A stretch of DNA of 64,000 bases from Anaeromyxobacteraceae bacterium (GCA_032654565.1 JAULAX010000015.1:96001-160000); one strand, 5' to 3'. Counted from the stretch's first letter, positions 28,134 to 41,490 are shown. Notes: generated by a model not told the origin, from the letters alone. Translations and numbers: made by a program.

Positions 28134-28363
28134 AAGCCGTGAGCACCCGTCCCCTGCCCCGAACCCGCCGCGTCACCGCCAACCTCCCGGTCGACCTGCT
28201 GGATCGGGCCCGACGGGTCACCGGGAAGGGGATCACCGAGACCCTCGTCGAGGGGCTCGAGCTGGTCCGCCGCGCGGCCGCGGCGTCCAAGGCGCGGGCC
28301 CTCCGCGGCAAGCTCCGGATCGAGGTGGACCTCGAGGCCTCCCGTGAACGCCCTCGTCATTGA
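28127..28363 (+). CDS. vapB: VapB-like antitoxin (RHH-like)
   Basis: RRVTANLPVDLLDRARRVTGKGITETLVEGL...LRGKLRIEVDLEASR; overlaps the PIN gene by 20 nt. Confidence 0.7.
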   Translation: MNEAVSTRPLPRTRRVTANLPVDLLDRARRVTGKGITETLVEGLELVRRAAAASKARALRGKLRIEVDLEASRERPRH

Positions 28364-28739
28364 CACCTCGAGCTGGATCTCCTTCCTGGCGGGCGGGGGG
28401 CCGGAGCTGGTCCAGCAGGCCCTCGACGAGCGGCGCGTCCACCTGCCGCCGGTCGTGGCCGCAGAGCTCCTGAGCGGGCGGCTCTCCGGGTCGGACCGGC
28501 GGGCCCTGACCTCGCTCCTCGACGACCTGCCGCTGGTGCCGGCCGATCGCGCCCACTGGTGCCGGGTCGGCCGACTTCGGGCCTGGCTCGGCCAGCGAGG
28601 CCTGGCCGTCTCGACGCCGGATGCCCACGTGGCCCAGTGCGCCCTGGACCTCGGCGCGGACCTGCTCACCGAGGACCGGATCTTCTCGAAGGTGGCCGCC
28701 CAGGCGCCCCTCCGGCTGGCGACGGCCGGGCCTGGGTAG
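28344..28739 (+). CDS. vapC: PIN-domain VapC toxin
   Basis: LVIDTSSWI, VVAAELLSG, STPDAHVAQCA, LLTEDRIF acidic residues. Confidence 0.9.
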   Translation: MNALVIDTSSWISFLAGGGPELVQQALDERRVHLPPVVAAELLSGRLSGSDRRALTSLLDDLPLVPADRAHWCRVGRLRAWLGQRGLAVSTPDAHVAQCALDLGADLLTEDRIFSKVAAQAPLRLATAGPG

Positions 28740-28784
28740 GACTCCAGCACGGTCTTCCCGAACCAGTCGCTGGCCTCCACTCGC

Positions 28785-29483
28785 TCAGGTGCTGTCAACG
28801 TTGCCAGGCTGGAGTTGAGGTCGCAGGAGAGGTTGAAGGTCCGCGTCGGCGCCTTCGGGATCGAGGAGTTCATTCGTTCGATGCTCGAAATAGTTCGGAC
28901 GCCCGAACCGCACCAGGAGTGCGTGTTCCGCGACATGTTGGTGGCGACCCCCCGCTCGTCGGTGATCGCCGTGCTCCAATGTGTCCAGGTAGCACTTCAG
29001 GTTGGCGGCGATCTTCTCGAAAACCCGCGGGATGAGCGGCATCAGGTCATCGATGCCAGGCGTCCTGGTCGCGAGGCGGCCGTGGTCGTGCTCGACGTGA
29101 CTGATGATGCGCCGCCGTTCGGACGTGGGCAGCGCCTTGAACGGGTCGCGGGCCAGCCGGTCGTGGAAGTTGGAGAGGTGGATGAACGCGCAGCCAAACC
29201 GGTAGACGGATTCTGCCCATCCGGTGAGGAAGTTCGCCAAGCGCACCATCCCGCGGTCGGTGATGCGGCGACCGTTCGCGCTCCGCCACACCCGCCCGCT
29301 GACCGAGTCCTCGACGAGCTGCATGCGCCGCCGGCGGTCCTTCAAGGCGAGCAGGTACATGACGCGGACCGTCGAGCCGCCGGGCTGGCGTACTCGAGGA
29401 CCGGGCTTGTGAGGAGGGTGGCACCGCCTTGCCGCGTCGTCCCTGTGAACTTGATCCTCACGGTCATCGGGACGAACCTCCAC
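28785..29483 (-). pseudogene. Degenerate or chimeric hypothetical gene of atypical composition
   Basis: Protein-like core (VRVMYLL..ITDRGMV..GWAESVYRFGCAFIHLSNFHD..IPRVFEKIAANLKCYL) with implausible N- and C-terminal parts; less GC-rich than flanks. Confidence 0.5.
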
Positions 29484-29602
29484 GGGGAGAATGGAGGAAG
29501 GAGCCTATCCACCTTGTGGACGCCCCATCAATCGCCGGGTTCACGGTGCGAGAAGTCGGACTGAGCGTCGCAGGCTTGGGCCAGGCCCGATGGTAGATTC
29601 TC

Positions 29603-30520
29603 GTGGTGCGCCTCCTCACCACCGCCCCCGCCAAGGTGAACCTGGTGCTGCGGGTCGGCCCGCCGCGGCCCGACGGCTACCACGACCTCTCCACGCTGCT
29701 GGTCCCGCTCGACCTCGGCGACCTCGTCGAGGTGCGGGTCGGCGCCCGCCGCGGGCCGGTCACCTGCCGCGTCCCCGGCCACCGCGGGCTCGACGGCGCC
29801 GCCAACCTCGCCGCCCGCGCCGCCGAGGCCTTCCGCGAGCGCTTCTCGGTCGAGCGGGCCGTCGCCATCCGCATCGAGAAGCGCACCCCCATCACCGCCG
29901 GCCTCGGCGGCGGCTCCTCCGACGCCGCCGCGGTGCTCCGCTGCCTGGCCCGGGCCTTCGGCGTCACCGACCGGGCGGCGCTCGCCGAGGTGGGGCTCTC
30001 GATCGGCTCCGACGTCCCCTTCTTCCTCGGCCCCGGCCCGGCCTGGGCCGCCGGGCGCGGCGAGCGGCTCCGCCCGGCCACGGTGGCGCCGCTCCACCTG
30101 GTCCTCCTCTACCCCCGCGATCCGGCCCTGGCCATCCGGGCAGCGGACGCTTACCGCTGGCTGGACGCCGATCGCGGCGCGGCCCCGGTCCCGTCCCTCC
30201 CTCGCGCCGCCCGCTGGCGACCGACCCTTCTGGGGAATGACCTCCAGCCCCCCTGCGTGGCCCGCCATCCCCCCTTAGATCGACTGGTGGAGCGGCTCAC
30301 CGGCGCCGGCGCCACCGCGACGCTGATGTCCGGGAGCGGTCCCACCGTCTTCGGCCTCTTCACCGGCCGGGCTGCGGCCCGGCGAGCGGCGAGGGGGCTG
30401 GGCGCGGCGGCCGGGCGGGACCTGGAGGTCCTGCTGGCGCGTACGGTGACGCGGCAGCCTGGGGTGTCTTCATGGAGATCACCGACGTCCGCGTCTACCC
30501 GGTCGACGAGGAGAAGCTGA
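29603..30520 (+). CDS. ispE: 4-diphosphocytidyl-2-C-methyl-D-erythritol kinase
   Basis: APAKVNLVL, DGYHDL, PITAGLGGGSSDAA, IGSDVPFF, MSGSGPTVF. Confidence 0.95.
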   Translation: MVRLLTTAPAKVNLVLRVGPPRPDGYHDLSTLLVPLDLGDLVEVRVGARRGPVTCRVPGHRGLDGAANLAARAAEAFRERFSVERAVAIRIEKRTPITAGLGGGSSDAAAVLRCLARAFGVTDRAALAEVGLSIGSDVPFFLGPGPAWAAGRGERLRPATVAPLHLVLLYPRDPALAIRAADAYRWLDADRGAAPVPSLPRAARWRPTLLGNDLQPPCVARHPPLDRLVERLTGAGATATLMSGSGPTVFGLFTGRAAARRAARGLGAAAGRDLEVLLARTVTRQPGVSSWRSPTSASTRSTRRS

Positions 30521-30777
30521 GGGCCTACGTCACCGTCACCCTCGACGGCTGCTTCGTGGTCCGCGACCTCAAGGTCATCCAGGGGGCCACCGGCCTCTTC
30601 GTGGCCATGCCCGCCAAGCGGCGCAAGGACGGCACCTTCAAGGACGTGGCCCACCCGCTCAACGCCGAGACCCGGGAGCGGTTCGAGCGGGCCATCCTGG
30701 CCGCCTACGAGCTCGAGGCCCGCCGGCTCCTCGCCGTCCGCCCCACCGGGACCGGCCCCCAGCTGCACGGTGGCTGA
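30472..30777 (+). CDS. spoVG: SpoVG-family protein
   Basis: MEITDVRV, FVVRDLKVIQG..GLFVAMP, FKDVAHPLN. Confidence 0.95.
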   Translation: MEITDVRVYPVDEEKLRAYVTVTLDGCFVVRDLKVIQGATGLFVAMPAKRRKDGTFKDVAHPLNAETRERFERAILAAYELEARRLLAVRPTGTGPQLHGG

Positions 30778-30903
30778 GCACCTGGCCGCCGGCCCCCTCG
30801 CTCCGGTTCGTCACAGTCGGCGAAGACGGCGTGTCACGCGCACGTGGCGGTCGACGGCGGTCGGCCCGGTCTGCTATTGACGCATCTCCCAGAGGGGGTG
30901 CGG

Positions 30904-31869
30904 ATGTCTGCCAACGGTTCCAGGCCCGACTACAAGCTGTTCGCCGGCAACTCCAACCCCAAGCTGGCCCAGGCCATCGCCGCGGCGCTGGGGCGGCCGC
31001 TCTCGGCGGCCATGGTGGGGCGCTTCTCCGACGGCGAGATCCAGGTGGAGATCGGCGAGAACATCCGCGGCCAGGACACCTACATCATCCAGTCCACCTG
31101 CGCCGACGCCAACATCAACCTGATGGAGCTGCTGATCATGATCGACGCGCTCAAGCGCGCCTCGGCCGGCACCATCAACGCCGTGCTCCCCTACTACGGC
31201 TACGCCCGCCAGGACCGCAAGGTGGCCTCGCGCAGCCCCATCACCGCCAAGCTGGTGGCCGACCTGCTGGAGGCGGCCGGGGCCACCCGGGTGGTCTCCA
31301 TGGACATGCACGCCGGGCAGATCCAGGGCTTCTTCAACATCCCCTTCGACCACCTCTACGCCGCGCCGGTGCTGCTCGACCACATGCGCAAGCGGTTCGA
31401 GGGGCGCTCCGACGACCTGGTCATCGTCTCCCCCGACGCCGGCGGCGTGGAGCGGGCCCGCGCCTACTCCAAGCGGCTGGGGGCCGCCCTCTGCATCGTC
31501 GACAAGCGGCGGCTCAAGGCCAACGTCGCCGAGGTGCTCAACGTCATCGGCGACGTGGCCGGCAAGTCCTGCGTGCTGCTCGACGACATGATCGACACCG
31601 CCGGCACCCTCACCCAGGCGGCCAACGCCCTGGTCGACAAGGGGGCGGCCCGGGTCTTCGCCTACGCCAGCCACGCGGTGCTCTCCGGCCCGGCGGTGGA
31701 GCGGATCCAGAAGAGCCCCATCGAGGAGGTGGTGGTGACCGACTCCATCCCGCTCTCGCCGACCGCCGCCGGCTGCACCAAGATCCGCGCCCTCTCCTGC
31801 GCCCCGCTCTTCGCCGAGGCGGTGAAGCGGATCCACGGCGGCGACTCGCTCAGCAGCCTGTTCGTCTAA
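30904..31869 (+). CDS. prs: Ribose-phosphate pyrophosphokinase
   Basis: KLFAGNSN, FSDGEI, YYGYARQDRK, VSPDAGGVERA, LLDDMIDTAGT. Confidence 0.97.
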   Translation: MSANGSRPDYKLFAGNSNPKLAQAIAAALGRPLSAAMVGRFSDGEIQVEIGENIRGQDTYIIQSTCADANINLMELLIMIDALKRASAGTINAVLPYYGYARQDRKVASRSPITAKLVADLLEAAGATRVVSMDMHAGQIQGFFNIPFDHLYAAPVLLDHMRKRFEGRSDDLVIVSPDAGGVERARAYSKRLGAALCIVDKRRLKANVAEVLNVIGDVAGKSCVLLDDMIDTAGTLTQAANALVDKGAARVFAYASHAVLSGPAVERIQKSPIEEVVVTDSIPLSPTAAGCTKIRALSCAPLFAEAVKRIHGGDSLSSLFV

Positions 31870-31874
31870 GCTAG

Positions 31875-32015
31875 AGCGCGGACGGGGCGAGGCCGCCCGG
31901 AGGGCGAGCTTCGCAGCCCCAGCCGCGCGAGGGGACGATCGATCGGTCCCGGCCGGACTGGTGCAAGCGCGGACGGGGCGAGGCCGCCCGGAGGGCGAGC
32001 TTCGCAGCCCCAGCC
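31875..32015. repeat. Perfect 50-bp direct repeat, two copies
   Basis: agcgcggacggggcgaggccgcccggagggcgagcttcgcagccccagcc at 31875-31924 and 31966-32015. Confidence 0.9.
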
Positions 32016-32224
32016 ACGCCCGCCCAGGCGGAATCACCGCTGGCGAGAAGGCGCGCCGCCAGGCGCGACGAGCCCGACGGGCGGTCGCGCCCCGGACGCG
32101 CGATGGGACGGTCGGTCGGCCCCGGACGCGCGATCGGTCAGGCGGTCGGCCCCGCCCCGGCCGCGCGATCGCCCGGACCCGAAGCGCCCTCCGACGCGCG
32201 CCGGCGGCACCCGCCCGGCGACCC

Positions 32225-34258
32225 CTACAGCTGGATCTGCGCCCCCAGCTCCACCACCCGGTTGGGCGGCAGGCCGAAGAAGGCGCTGGCGGTCGCCGAG
32301 TTGCGCGACATGATGATGAAGAGCTTCTTGCGCCAGGTGGCCAGGCTGGCGCTCCCGGTGGAGAGCAGGGTCTCGCGCCCCAGGTAGTAGGAGACCTCCA
32401 GCGGCTTGACCTCCAGCCGCGCCCCCGCCCCGTCGCGCGTCGCCAGCGACTCCAGCAGCGCCGGGATGTTGGGCTGCTCCATGAAGCCGTAGTGGGCCAC
32501 CACCTGGTAGAAGCCGACCCCGAGGTCGCGGGAGACCACCCGCTCCGCCTCCGGCACCGACGGCACCTCCTCGGTGAGCACCGAGACCAGGATGATCCGC
32601 TCGTGGAGCACCTTGTTGTGCTTGACGTGGTGGAGCATCACCGGCGGCGCGCTACCCAGGTTGGAGGTCATGAAGACCGCCGTCCCCGGGACCCGCAAGG
32701 GCTTGCGCCGCACCACGTCGGCCAGGAAGAGCTCGAGCGGCAGGCCGGCGTCGCGCAGCATGCCGGCCAGCAGCGCCCGCCCCTGCTTCCAGGTGGACAT
32801 GAAGGTGAAGACCACGATGGCGGCGACGATGGGGAACCAGCCCCCCTCCTCGATCTTCACCACGTTGGCGCCGAAGAAGGAGAGGTCGACGGCCAGGAAG
32901 GCCACGGTGAGCGGCCAGGACCACCAGCGCGGCCAGCGCCAGATGTCGCGCATCACCCGGTGGAAGAGCAGCGTGGTGATGCTCATGGTGCCGGTGACGG
33001 CGATGCCGTAGGCGGCGGCCAGGTTGGAGGAGCTCTTGAAGCCGAGCACCAGGGCGATGCAGGCGGCGCCGATGGCCCAGTTGACCTCGGGGATGTAGAT
33101 CTGCCCCATCTCGGTGGTCGAGGTGTGCTTGACGGTGATGCGCGGGCAGTAGCCGAGCTGCACCGCCTGGTGGGTCAGCGAGAAGGCCCCGGAGATGAGC
33201 GCCTGCGAGGCGACGATGGCCGCCAGCGTGGCCAGGCCGATGAGCGGGGTGAGCGCCCAGGTGGGGGCCAGCAGGTAGAAGGGGTTCTCCCGCGCCGCCG
33301 GCTCGTGGAGCAGCAGCGCCCCCTGCCCGAAGTAGTTGAGGGTCAGCGCCGGCATGGCCAGCCCCAGCCAGGCCAGCCGGATGGGGCGCTTCCCGAAGTG
33401 GCCCATGTCGGCGTAGAGCGCCTCGCCGCCGGTGATGCACAGGACCACCGCGCCCAGCACCAGGAAGCCGGCGCCGCCGTTGTCGGCGAAGAAGCGGAGC
33501 CCGTAGTACGGGTTGACCGCCGCCAGCACCGACGGGTCGCGCAGGATGCCGCGCACCCCGAGCGCGCCGATGACCGTGAACCAGGCCAGCATGACCGGCC
33601 CGAAGATGGCCCCCACCCGCGCCGTGCCGGTGCGCTGGATGAGGAAGAGGCCGGCCAGCAGCAGCACGGTGAGCGGCACCACCAGCGGGGTCAGCGCCGG
33701 GGCCGCCACCGCCACGCCCTCCACCGCCGAGAGCACCGAGATGGCCGGGGTGATGACGCCGTCGCCGTAGAGCAGGGCGGCGCCGAAGATGCCGAGCAGC
33801 AGCAGCACCTTGCGGCCGCGCCGGTTGGGGTCCTTGCGCGAGACCAGCGCCTGCAGGGCGAGGATGCCCCCCTCGCCGCGATTGTCGGCGCGCATCACGA
33901 AGGAGAGGTACTTGAAGGTGACCACGAAGGTCATGGCCCAGAAGATCAGCGAGAGCACGCCGAGCACGTTGGCCGGGGTGGGGTCGACGCCGTGACGGCC
34001 GGTGAAGCACTCCTTGAGCGCGTAGAGCGGGCTGGTGCCGATGTCGCCGTAGACGACGCCGAGCGCCCCCAGCGCCAGCGCCGCCAGGGCGCCGCCATGC
34101 GGGGTGGTGCGGGCGTGCCCGGTGGCGGAGTGGGGCGCCTCGGCGACGGCCGGGAGGTCGCCGCGGGTCTGGATGGGGGCGACCGGAGGGGCAGGGGCAG
34201 CGCCCTGCGGGTCGACGGCTGCCGGGGGTTCGGGGGTGGCCATGGTGGTGGGGGGCAT
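32225..34258 (-). CDS. kup: Potassium uptake transporter Kup
   Basis: GVVYGDIGTSPLYAL, ADNRGEGG, YGDGVITPAISVLSAVEG, GEALYADMGHF, GQIYIPEVNW. Confidence 0.96.
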   Translation of the reverse strand: MPPTTMATPEPPAAVDPQGAAPAPPVAPIQTRGDLPAVAEAPHSATGHARTTPHGGALAALALGALGVVYGDIGTSPLYALKECFTGRHGVDPTPANVLGVLSLIFWAMTFVVTFKYLSFVMRADNRGEGGILALQALVSRKDPNRRGRKVLLLLGIFGAALLYGDGVITPAISVLSAVEGVAVAAPALTPLVVPLTVLLLAGLFLIQRTGTARVGAIFGPVMLAWFTVIGALGVRGILRDPSVLAAVNPYYGLRFFADNGGAGFLVLGAVVLCITGGEALYADMGHFGKRPIRLAWLGLAMPALTLNYFGQGALLLHEPAARENPFYLLAPTWALTPLIGLATLAAIVASQALISGAFSLTHQAVQLGYCPRITVKHTSTTEMGQIYIPEVNWAIGAACIALVLGFKSSSNLAAAYGIAVTGTMSITTLLFHRVMRDIWRWPRWWSWPLTVAFLAVDLSFFGANVVKIEEGGWFPIVAAIVVFTFMSTWKQGRALLAGMLRDAGLPLELFLADVVRRKPLRVPGTAVFMTSNLGSAPPVMLHHVKHNKVLHERIILVSVLTEEVPSVPEAERVVSRDLGVGFYQVVAHYGFMEQPNIPALLESLATRDGAGARLEVKPLEVSYYLGRETLLSTGSASLATWRKKLFIIMSRNSATASAFFGLPPNRVVELGAQIQL

Positions 34259-34575
34259 GTAAGCAAACCACGATCCCGGGGAGGCCGGAAGTGGCACCGT
34301 CCCAAGCGGCCGCAACCCGGGCCGAATCCAGATCGGCTCCCCCCGGAAGGTGCCCGGCGATCGGGCAGGGGCTGCCAGCGGGGGAGGCGGGGGGATCGCC
34401 CCGACCCGGGGACGGCGCCTTGACCGGCACCCCGGTGATCGAGTAATCACCCGCCTTCCTTGGGGTTCCAGATCACCGGGCCCTCTTTCAACATCAACCC
34501 AGGGCCGCCGCCGCCAGGCGTCGCCTCTCGCCCGAGCCGACAAAGCGGCCGGTACGAGTCCATTGGGAGGCCACC

Positions 34576-35316
34576 ATGCAGAAGATCGTTCTCAACGCCG
34601 AGCAGCGCGAAGGCAAGGGCAAGGGTCCGGCTCGCCGGCTCCGGCAGAAGGGGCTCATCCCCGCCGTGGTCTACGGACGCAAGGGCGCCCCCAAGCACCT
34701 CTCCGTCGATCCCGCCCTGCTGCTCAAGGCCATCGAGACCCCGCACAAGTTCAACACCCTGCTCACCCTCCAGGTGGCCGGCGGCGAGAACTTCGTGCTC
34801 TTCAAGGACTACCAGGTCGACCCGGTCACCCGCCGGCTGCTCCACGCCGACTTCCTCGAGGTCTCGCTCGACGAGCCCGTCAAGGTCGAGGTCCCGGTCT
34901 CCATCGTCGGCAAGGCCATCGGCGCCGCCGAGGGCGGCATCCTCTCGGTCGCCACCCACGACATCGTGGTCAAGGCGCTCCCCACCAAGATCCCGCTCAA
35001 GATCGAGGTCGACGTCACCGAGCTGAAGATCGGCGCCTCGATCCACATCTCCGAGCTCAAGGCCCCCGAGGGCTGCGCCTTCGTCTACCAGGCCGACATC
35101 GTCATCGCCTTCGTCGCCATCCCCGAGAAGGAAGAGGTCGTCGCGGTGGCGGCGGCCGTTCCGGGCGCGGAGGGCGCGGCGGCTCCGGCTGCGGGCGCGG
35201 CTCCTGGCGCTCCTGGCGCTGCGGGTGCGGCTCCGGCCGCGGGCGCGGCTCCGGCCGCGGGCGCCAAGGGCGCCCCGGCGGCTCCGGCGGCCAAGGGCGG
35301 CGAGAAGAAGAAGTAG
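34576..35316 (+). CDS. rplY: 50S ribosomal protein L25/Ctc with Ala/Pro/Gly-rich tail
   Basis: [24 protein letters not shown]. Confidence 0.95.
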   Translation: MQKIVLNAEQREGKGKGPARRLRQKGLIPAVVYGRKGAPKHLSVDPALLLKAIETPHKFNTLLTLQVAGGENFVLFKDYQVDPVTRRLLHADFLEVSLDEPVKVEVPVSIVGKAIGAAEGGILSVATHDIVVKALPTKIPLKIEVDVTELKIGASIHISELKAPEGCAFVYQADIVIAFVAIPEKEEVVAVAAAVPGAEGAAAPAAGAAPGAPGAAGAAPAAGAAPAAGAKGAPAAPAAKGGEKKK

Positions 35317-35321
35317 GCCCG

Positions 35322-35897
35322 GTGAAGCTCGTCGTCGCACTCGGCAACCCCGGGGACGCCTACGCGCGGACGCGCCACAACGTCGGCTGGCTGGTGGCCG
35401 ACCACCTGGCGCTCCACCTCGGGACCCGCTTCGCCTCCGGCAAGTTCGGGGCGGAGCTGGCCGAGGGCCGGGCCGGCGACGAGCGGATCTGGATCATGAA
35501 GCCACAGACCTTCATGAACCACTCCGGCGAGTCGGTCGGGCCGGCCTTGAAGTTCTGGAAGCTGCAGCTGGAGGACCTGGTGGTGGTCCACGACGACATG
35601 GAGCTCGACCCCTTCCGGGTCCAGCTCAAGGTCGGCGGGGGCCACGGCGGGCACAACGGATTGAAGAGCGTCAACGCTCACCTCGGCTCCCCCGACTACG
35701 CGCGCGTGCGCGTCGGCGTGGGGCGCCCGCCGCCCCGGGTGGACCCGGCCGACTACGTGCTCGGCCGCTTCTCCCGCGGCGACGACGCGGCGGTCGAAGG
35801 CTGCGTGGCGTGGGCGGCGGAGGCGGTCCGGCTCAGCTGTGAGCTGGGCGCGGCCAAGGCGATGAACCAGGTGAACCGCCGGCGCGAGCCGGTGTAG
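35322..35897 (+). CDS. pth: Peptidyl-tRNA hydrolase
   Basis: [34 protein letters not shown]. Confidence 0.96.
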   Translation: MKLVVALGNPGDAYARTRHNVGWLVADHLALHLGTRFASGKFGAELAEGRAGDERIWIMKPQTFMNHSGESVGPALKFWKLQLEDLVVVHDDMELDPFRVQLKVGGGHGGHNGLKSVNAHLGSPDYARVRVGVGRPPPRVDPADYVLGRFSRGDDAAVEGCVAWAAEAVRLSCELGAAKAMNQVNRRREPV

Positions 35898-35972
35898 CAG
35901 GGCAGCAGGCAGACGCAGCACGCAGGGCGCGGCGCCGGGCGCATGGTGCACCCGGGACGCGTGAACAGCTGG

Positions 35973-36014
35973 CTCCTCGCGACGGGTCAACCGCCGCTGT
36001 GAATCCGAGGGGAG
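35973..36014 (+). ncRNA. Probable S6:S18 ribosomal protein leader
   Basis: CTCCTC pairs with the AGGGGAG SD, inner hairpin gcgacgg/ccgccgc, CCG just 5' of the SD; directly upstream of rpsF. Confidence 0.5.
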
Positions 36015-36019
36015 TACCG

Positions 36020-36472
36020 ATGGCCGAAGCGACCAAGCGTCTCGTCAGAGAGTACGAGACGGTGTACCTGCTCAAGGCGGATGCGCCTGATGACCAGGTG
36101 GAAGAGATCAAGGAGCGCCTCCGCGGCGTCGTCATCCGCGAGGGCGGGAAGGTGATCCGGTTCACCAACCAGGGCAAGCGGAAGACCGCCTTCCCGGTGG
36201 CCAAGACCGGGCGCGCCCTCTACATGCAGTGCCTCTACCTGGGCAAGGCCGGGCTGGTGGCCGAGTTCGAGCGCAACCTGCGCATGATCGATCTCGTCAC
36301 CAAGTTCCAGTCGGTCAAGATCGCCGAGGACGTCGACTTCGACGCCCGGCAGGTCGAGGCCGACGTCAAGGTCCTGCCGGTCGAGGACGAGGCGAAGCCG
36401 CGCGAGGAGCGCGCCTTCGGTGAGCGCGAAGAGGGCTTCGAGACCGAGACCCTCGAGCGGGGGGAGGAGTAA
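36020..36472 (+). CDS. rpsF: 30S ribosomal protein S6
   Basis: [26 protein letters not shown]; gene order. Confidence 0.92.
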   Translation: MAEATKRLVREYETVYLLKADAPDDQVEEIKERLRGVVIREGGKVIRFTNQGKRKTAFPVAKTGRALYMQCLYLGKAGLVAEFERNLRMIDLVTKFQSVKIAEDVDFDARQVEADVKVLPVEDEAKPREERAFGEREEGFETETLERGEE

Positions 36473-36474
36473 CC

Positions 36475-36873
<399 letters not shown>

Positions 36874-36882
36874 GAGGCCACC

Positions 36883-37329
36883 ATGAAGCTCATCCTTCGC
36901 GAAGACGTGGAGAACCTGGGCAAGGGCGGCGACCTCGTCGACGTCAAGCCCGGCTACGGCCGCAACTACCTGCTCCCCCGTGGGCTGGCGGTGACGGCCA
37001 ACACCAAGAACGTGCGTGAGCTGGAGCACCAGAAGGCCGTGGCGTCCGCCAAGGCCGCCAAGCTCAAGGCCTCGGCCGAGGCGGTCGCCAAGCGGCTGGC
37101 CGAGACCCCGGTGGTGCTGCGGCGCAAGGCCGGCGAGCAGGACAAGCTGTTCGGCTCGGTCACCGCCATCGACATCGCCGAGGCGCTGGCCGCTCGCGGC
37201 CTGCAGCTCGACCGCCGCGCCATCGACCTCGCCGAGCCGATCAAGACGGTCGGCACCGTCGAGGTGCCGGTGAAGCTGCACCACGAGGTGGTCGGCAAGG
37301 TCAAGGTGACGGTCGAGGCCGAGAAGTAG
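36883..37329 (+). CDS. rplI: 50S ribosomal protein L9
   Basis: [30 protein letters not shown]. Confidence 0.97.
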   Translation: MKLILREDVENLGKGGDLVDVKPGYGRNYLLPRGLAVTANTKNVRELEHQKAVASAKAAKLKASAEAVAKRLAETPVVLRRKAGEQDKLFGSVTAIDIAEALAARGLQLDRRAIDLAEPIKTVGTVEVPVKLHHEVVGKVKVTVEAEK

Positions 37330-37356
37330 CCTTCCCCGGCACCTGGCTGGAACATC

Positions 37357-37392
37357 GGGGGCCGGTCCACAGCGGACCGGCCCTCTCCATTT
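37357..37392 (+). terminator. Probable intrinsic terminator after rplI
   Basis: gggccggtcc-acagc-ggaccggccc hairpin followed by a pyrimidine-rich tail. Confidence 0.5.
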
Positions 37393-37434
37393 CACCCGGG
37401 GCGCCCCCCGCCGCCCCTCCCGCAGGAGAACGCC

Positions 37435-40552
<3,118 letters not shown>

Positions 40553-40723
40553 CGCCGCGCTTGCGCGGCGCAATCCCAATCGCGACGGCTTCAGCCGGCG
40601 CAATCCGTTCGCACCAGGACGCGGGTCGCCTTCACGGCGCCCACGTCGTCAGTCCCCTCCACACCGTCGCCGTTTCCCGACACCACCCCCCCGCAACCCC
40701 CCGTTCTCCGGGGCTCGGGGCGC

Positions 40724-40739
40724 TGGCAAGCCGGCTGCA
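40724..40739 (+). promoter_or_regulatory. Putative sigma54 (-24/-12) promoter
   Basis: TGGCAAGCCGGCTGCA = GG-N10-GC, about 70 nt upstream of the 40808 ATG. Confidence 0.65.
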
Positions 40740-40807
40740 ATGAGGGAGGAGCACGGACGACGCGCTGTCCGGAAACTTCCAACCCTTCCCGTCTCAAGGA
40801 GAACACC

Positions 40808-41110
40808 ATGCAGAGCAAGCTCCCCAGCCTCGTCGGCGCCGGCATCGGTCTCGCCCTCTTCCTCGCCGTGGCGCTGCTCCCCGCCATCCTCTACGGCGGC
40901 TACGCCGGGCTGCTGCTGGCCGGCGGCATCGTCGGCACGCCGGTCCAGCCCACCTTCCTGGTCAAGGGGCTGATCATCTTCGGCATGGTGCTCGGCGTCA
41001 CCGGCATCGCCTCGCTCTTCGCGGTCCTCGGCGCCGTCGCCGGCGCGGCGGTCGGCGTCCTCACCGGCGCGGTCTCCCGCGCGCCGGTGGCGCAGGAGAG
41101 CGGCGTCTAG
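40808..41110 (+). CDS. Gly-rich hydrophobic small membrane protein (100 aa)
   Basis: AAGGAG SD, strong codon bias, 2-3 hydrophobic segments. Confidence 0.85.
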   Translation: MQSKLPSLVGAGIGLALFLAVALLPAILYGGYAGLLLAGGIVGTPVQPTFLVKGLIIFGMVLGVTGIASLFAVLGAVAGAAVGVLTGAVSRAPVAQESGV

Positions 41111-41394
41111 GCGTTTGGTTCCACCGGAAGGTGGGGCTGGGCCCCGGCCGCTCCCTTGTAGCGCCCTCGCTTGGCCTGAGCCCTGCTGCGGCGCAGGCTG
41201 CCTGTCTGCGCCGGGCGGACTCCTCCGTCCGCTGCTCGGCGGGCCGCGAGCCCGCCTGCGCCGCTCCGTCGTCGTGCGACCCGGCTCGCCAACGGCATCC
41301 TGTGCCTCGCAACGGGCCCCGGCCGCCTCCTGAGGGGGGGAGGCCGGGGCTCTTCGATTGCCCCTGCGGTGAAGTGCCGCAGCGCCATGCGGGG

Positions 41395-41435
41395 TTGCGA
41401 CAGATCAACGCAGCGCCCCCGAGTCTGACTAGAAT
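41395..41435 (+). promoter_or_regulatory. FNR/CRP-type box plus TAGAAT -10 (class II geometry)
   Basis: TTGcg-acag-ATCAA at 41395-41408; TAGAAT at 41430-41435; box centre about -41. Confidence 0.6.
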
Positions 41436-41490
41436 CCGCCGCCTTTCAGGTGGCTGAACATCTTGCCGCACCTGAGGAACGAGCCCCCCC

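Noticed and set aside
30810..30835. Further ECF-like motifs (GTCACAG-N15-TGTC here; GTCACGT-N14-CCTC at 50478-50502)
   Set aside because: Wrong spacing or a degenerate -10; could be chance.
31875..32015. CRISPR array
   Set aside because: Only two 50-bp copies, GC-rich, no cas genes or AT-rich leader.
34259..34500. c-di-AMP (ydaO) riboswitch upstream of kup
   Set aside because: Conserved elements such as CAGCUAACC are not visible on the kup strand.
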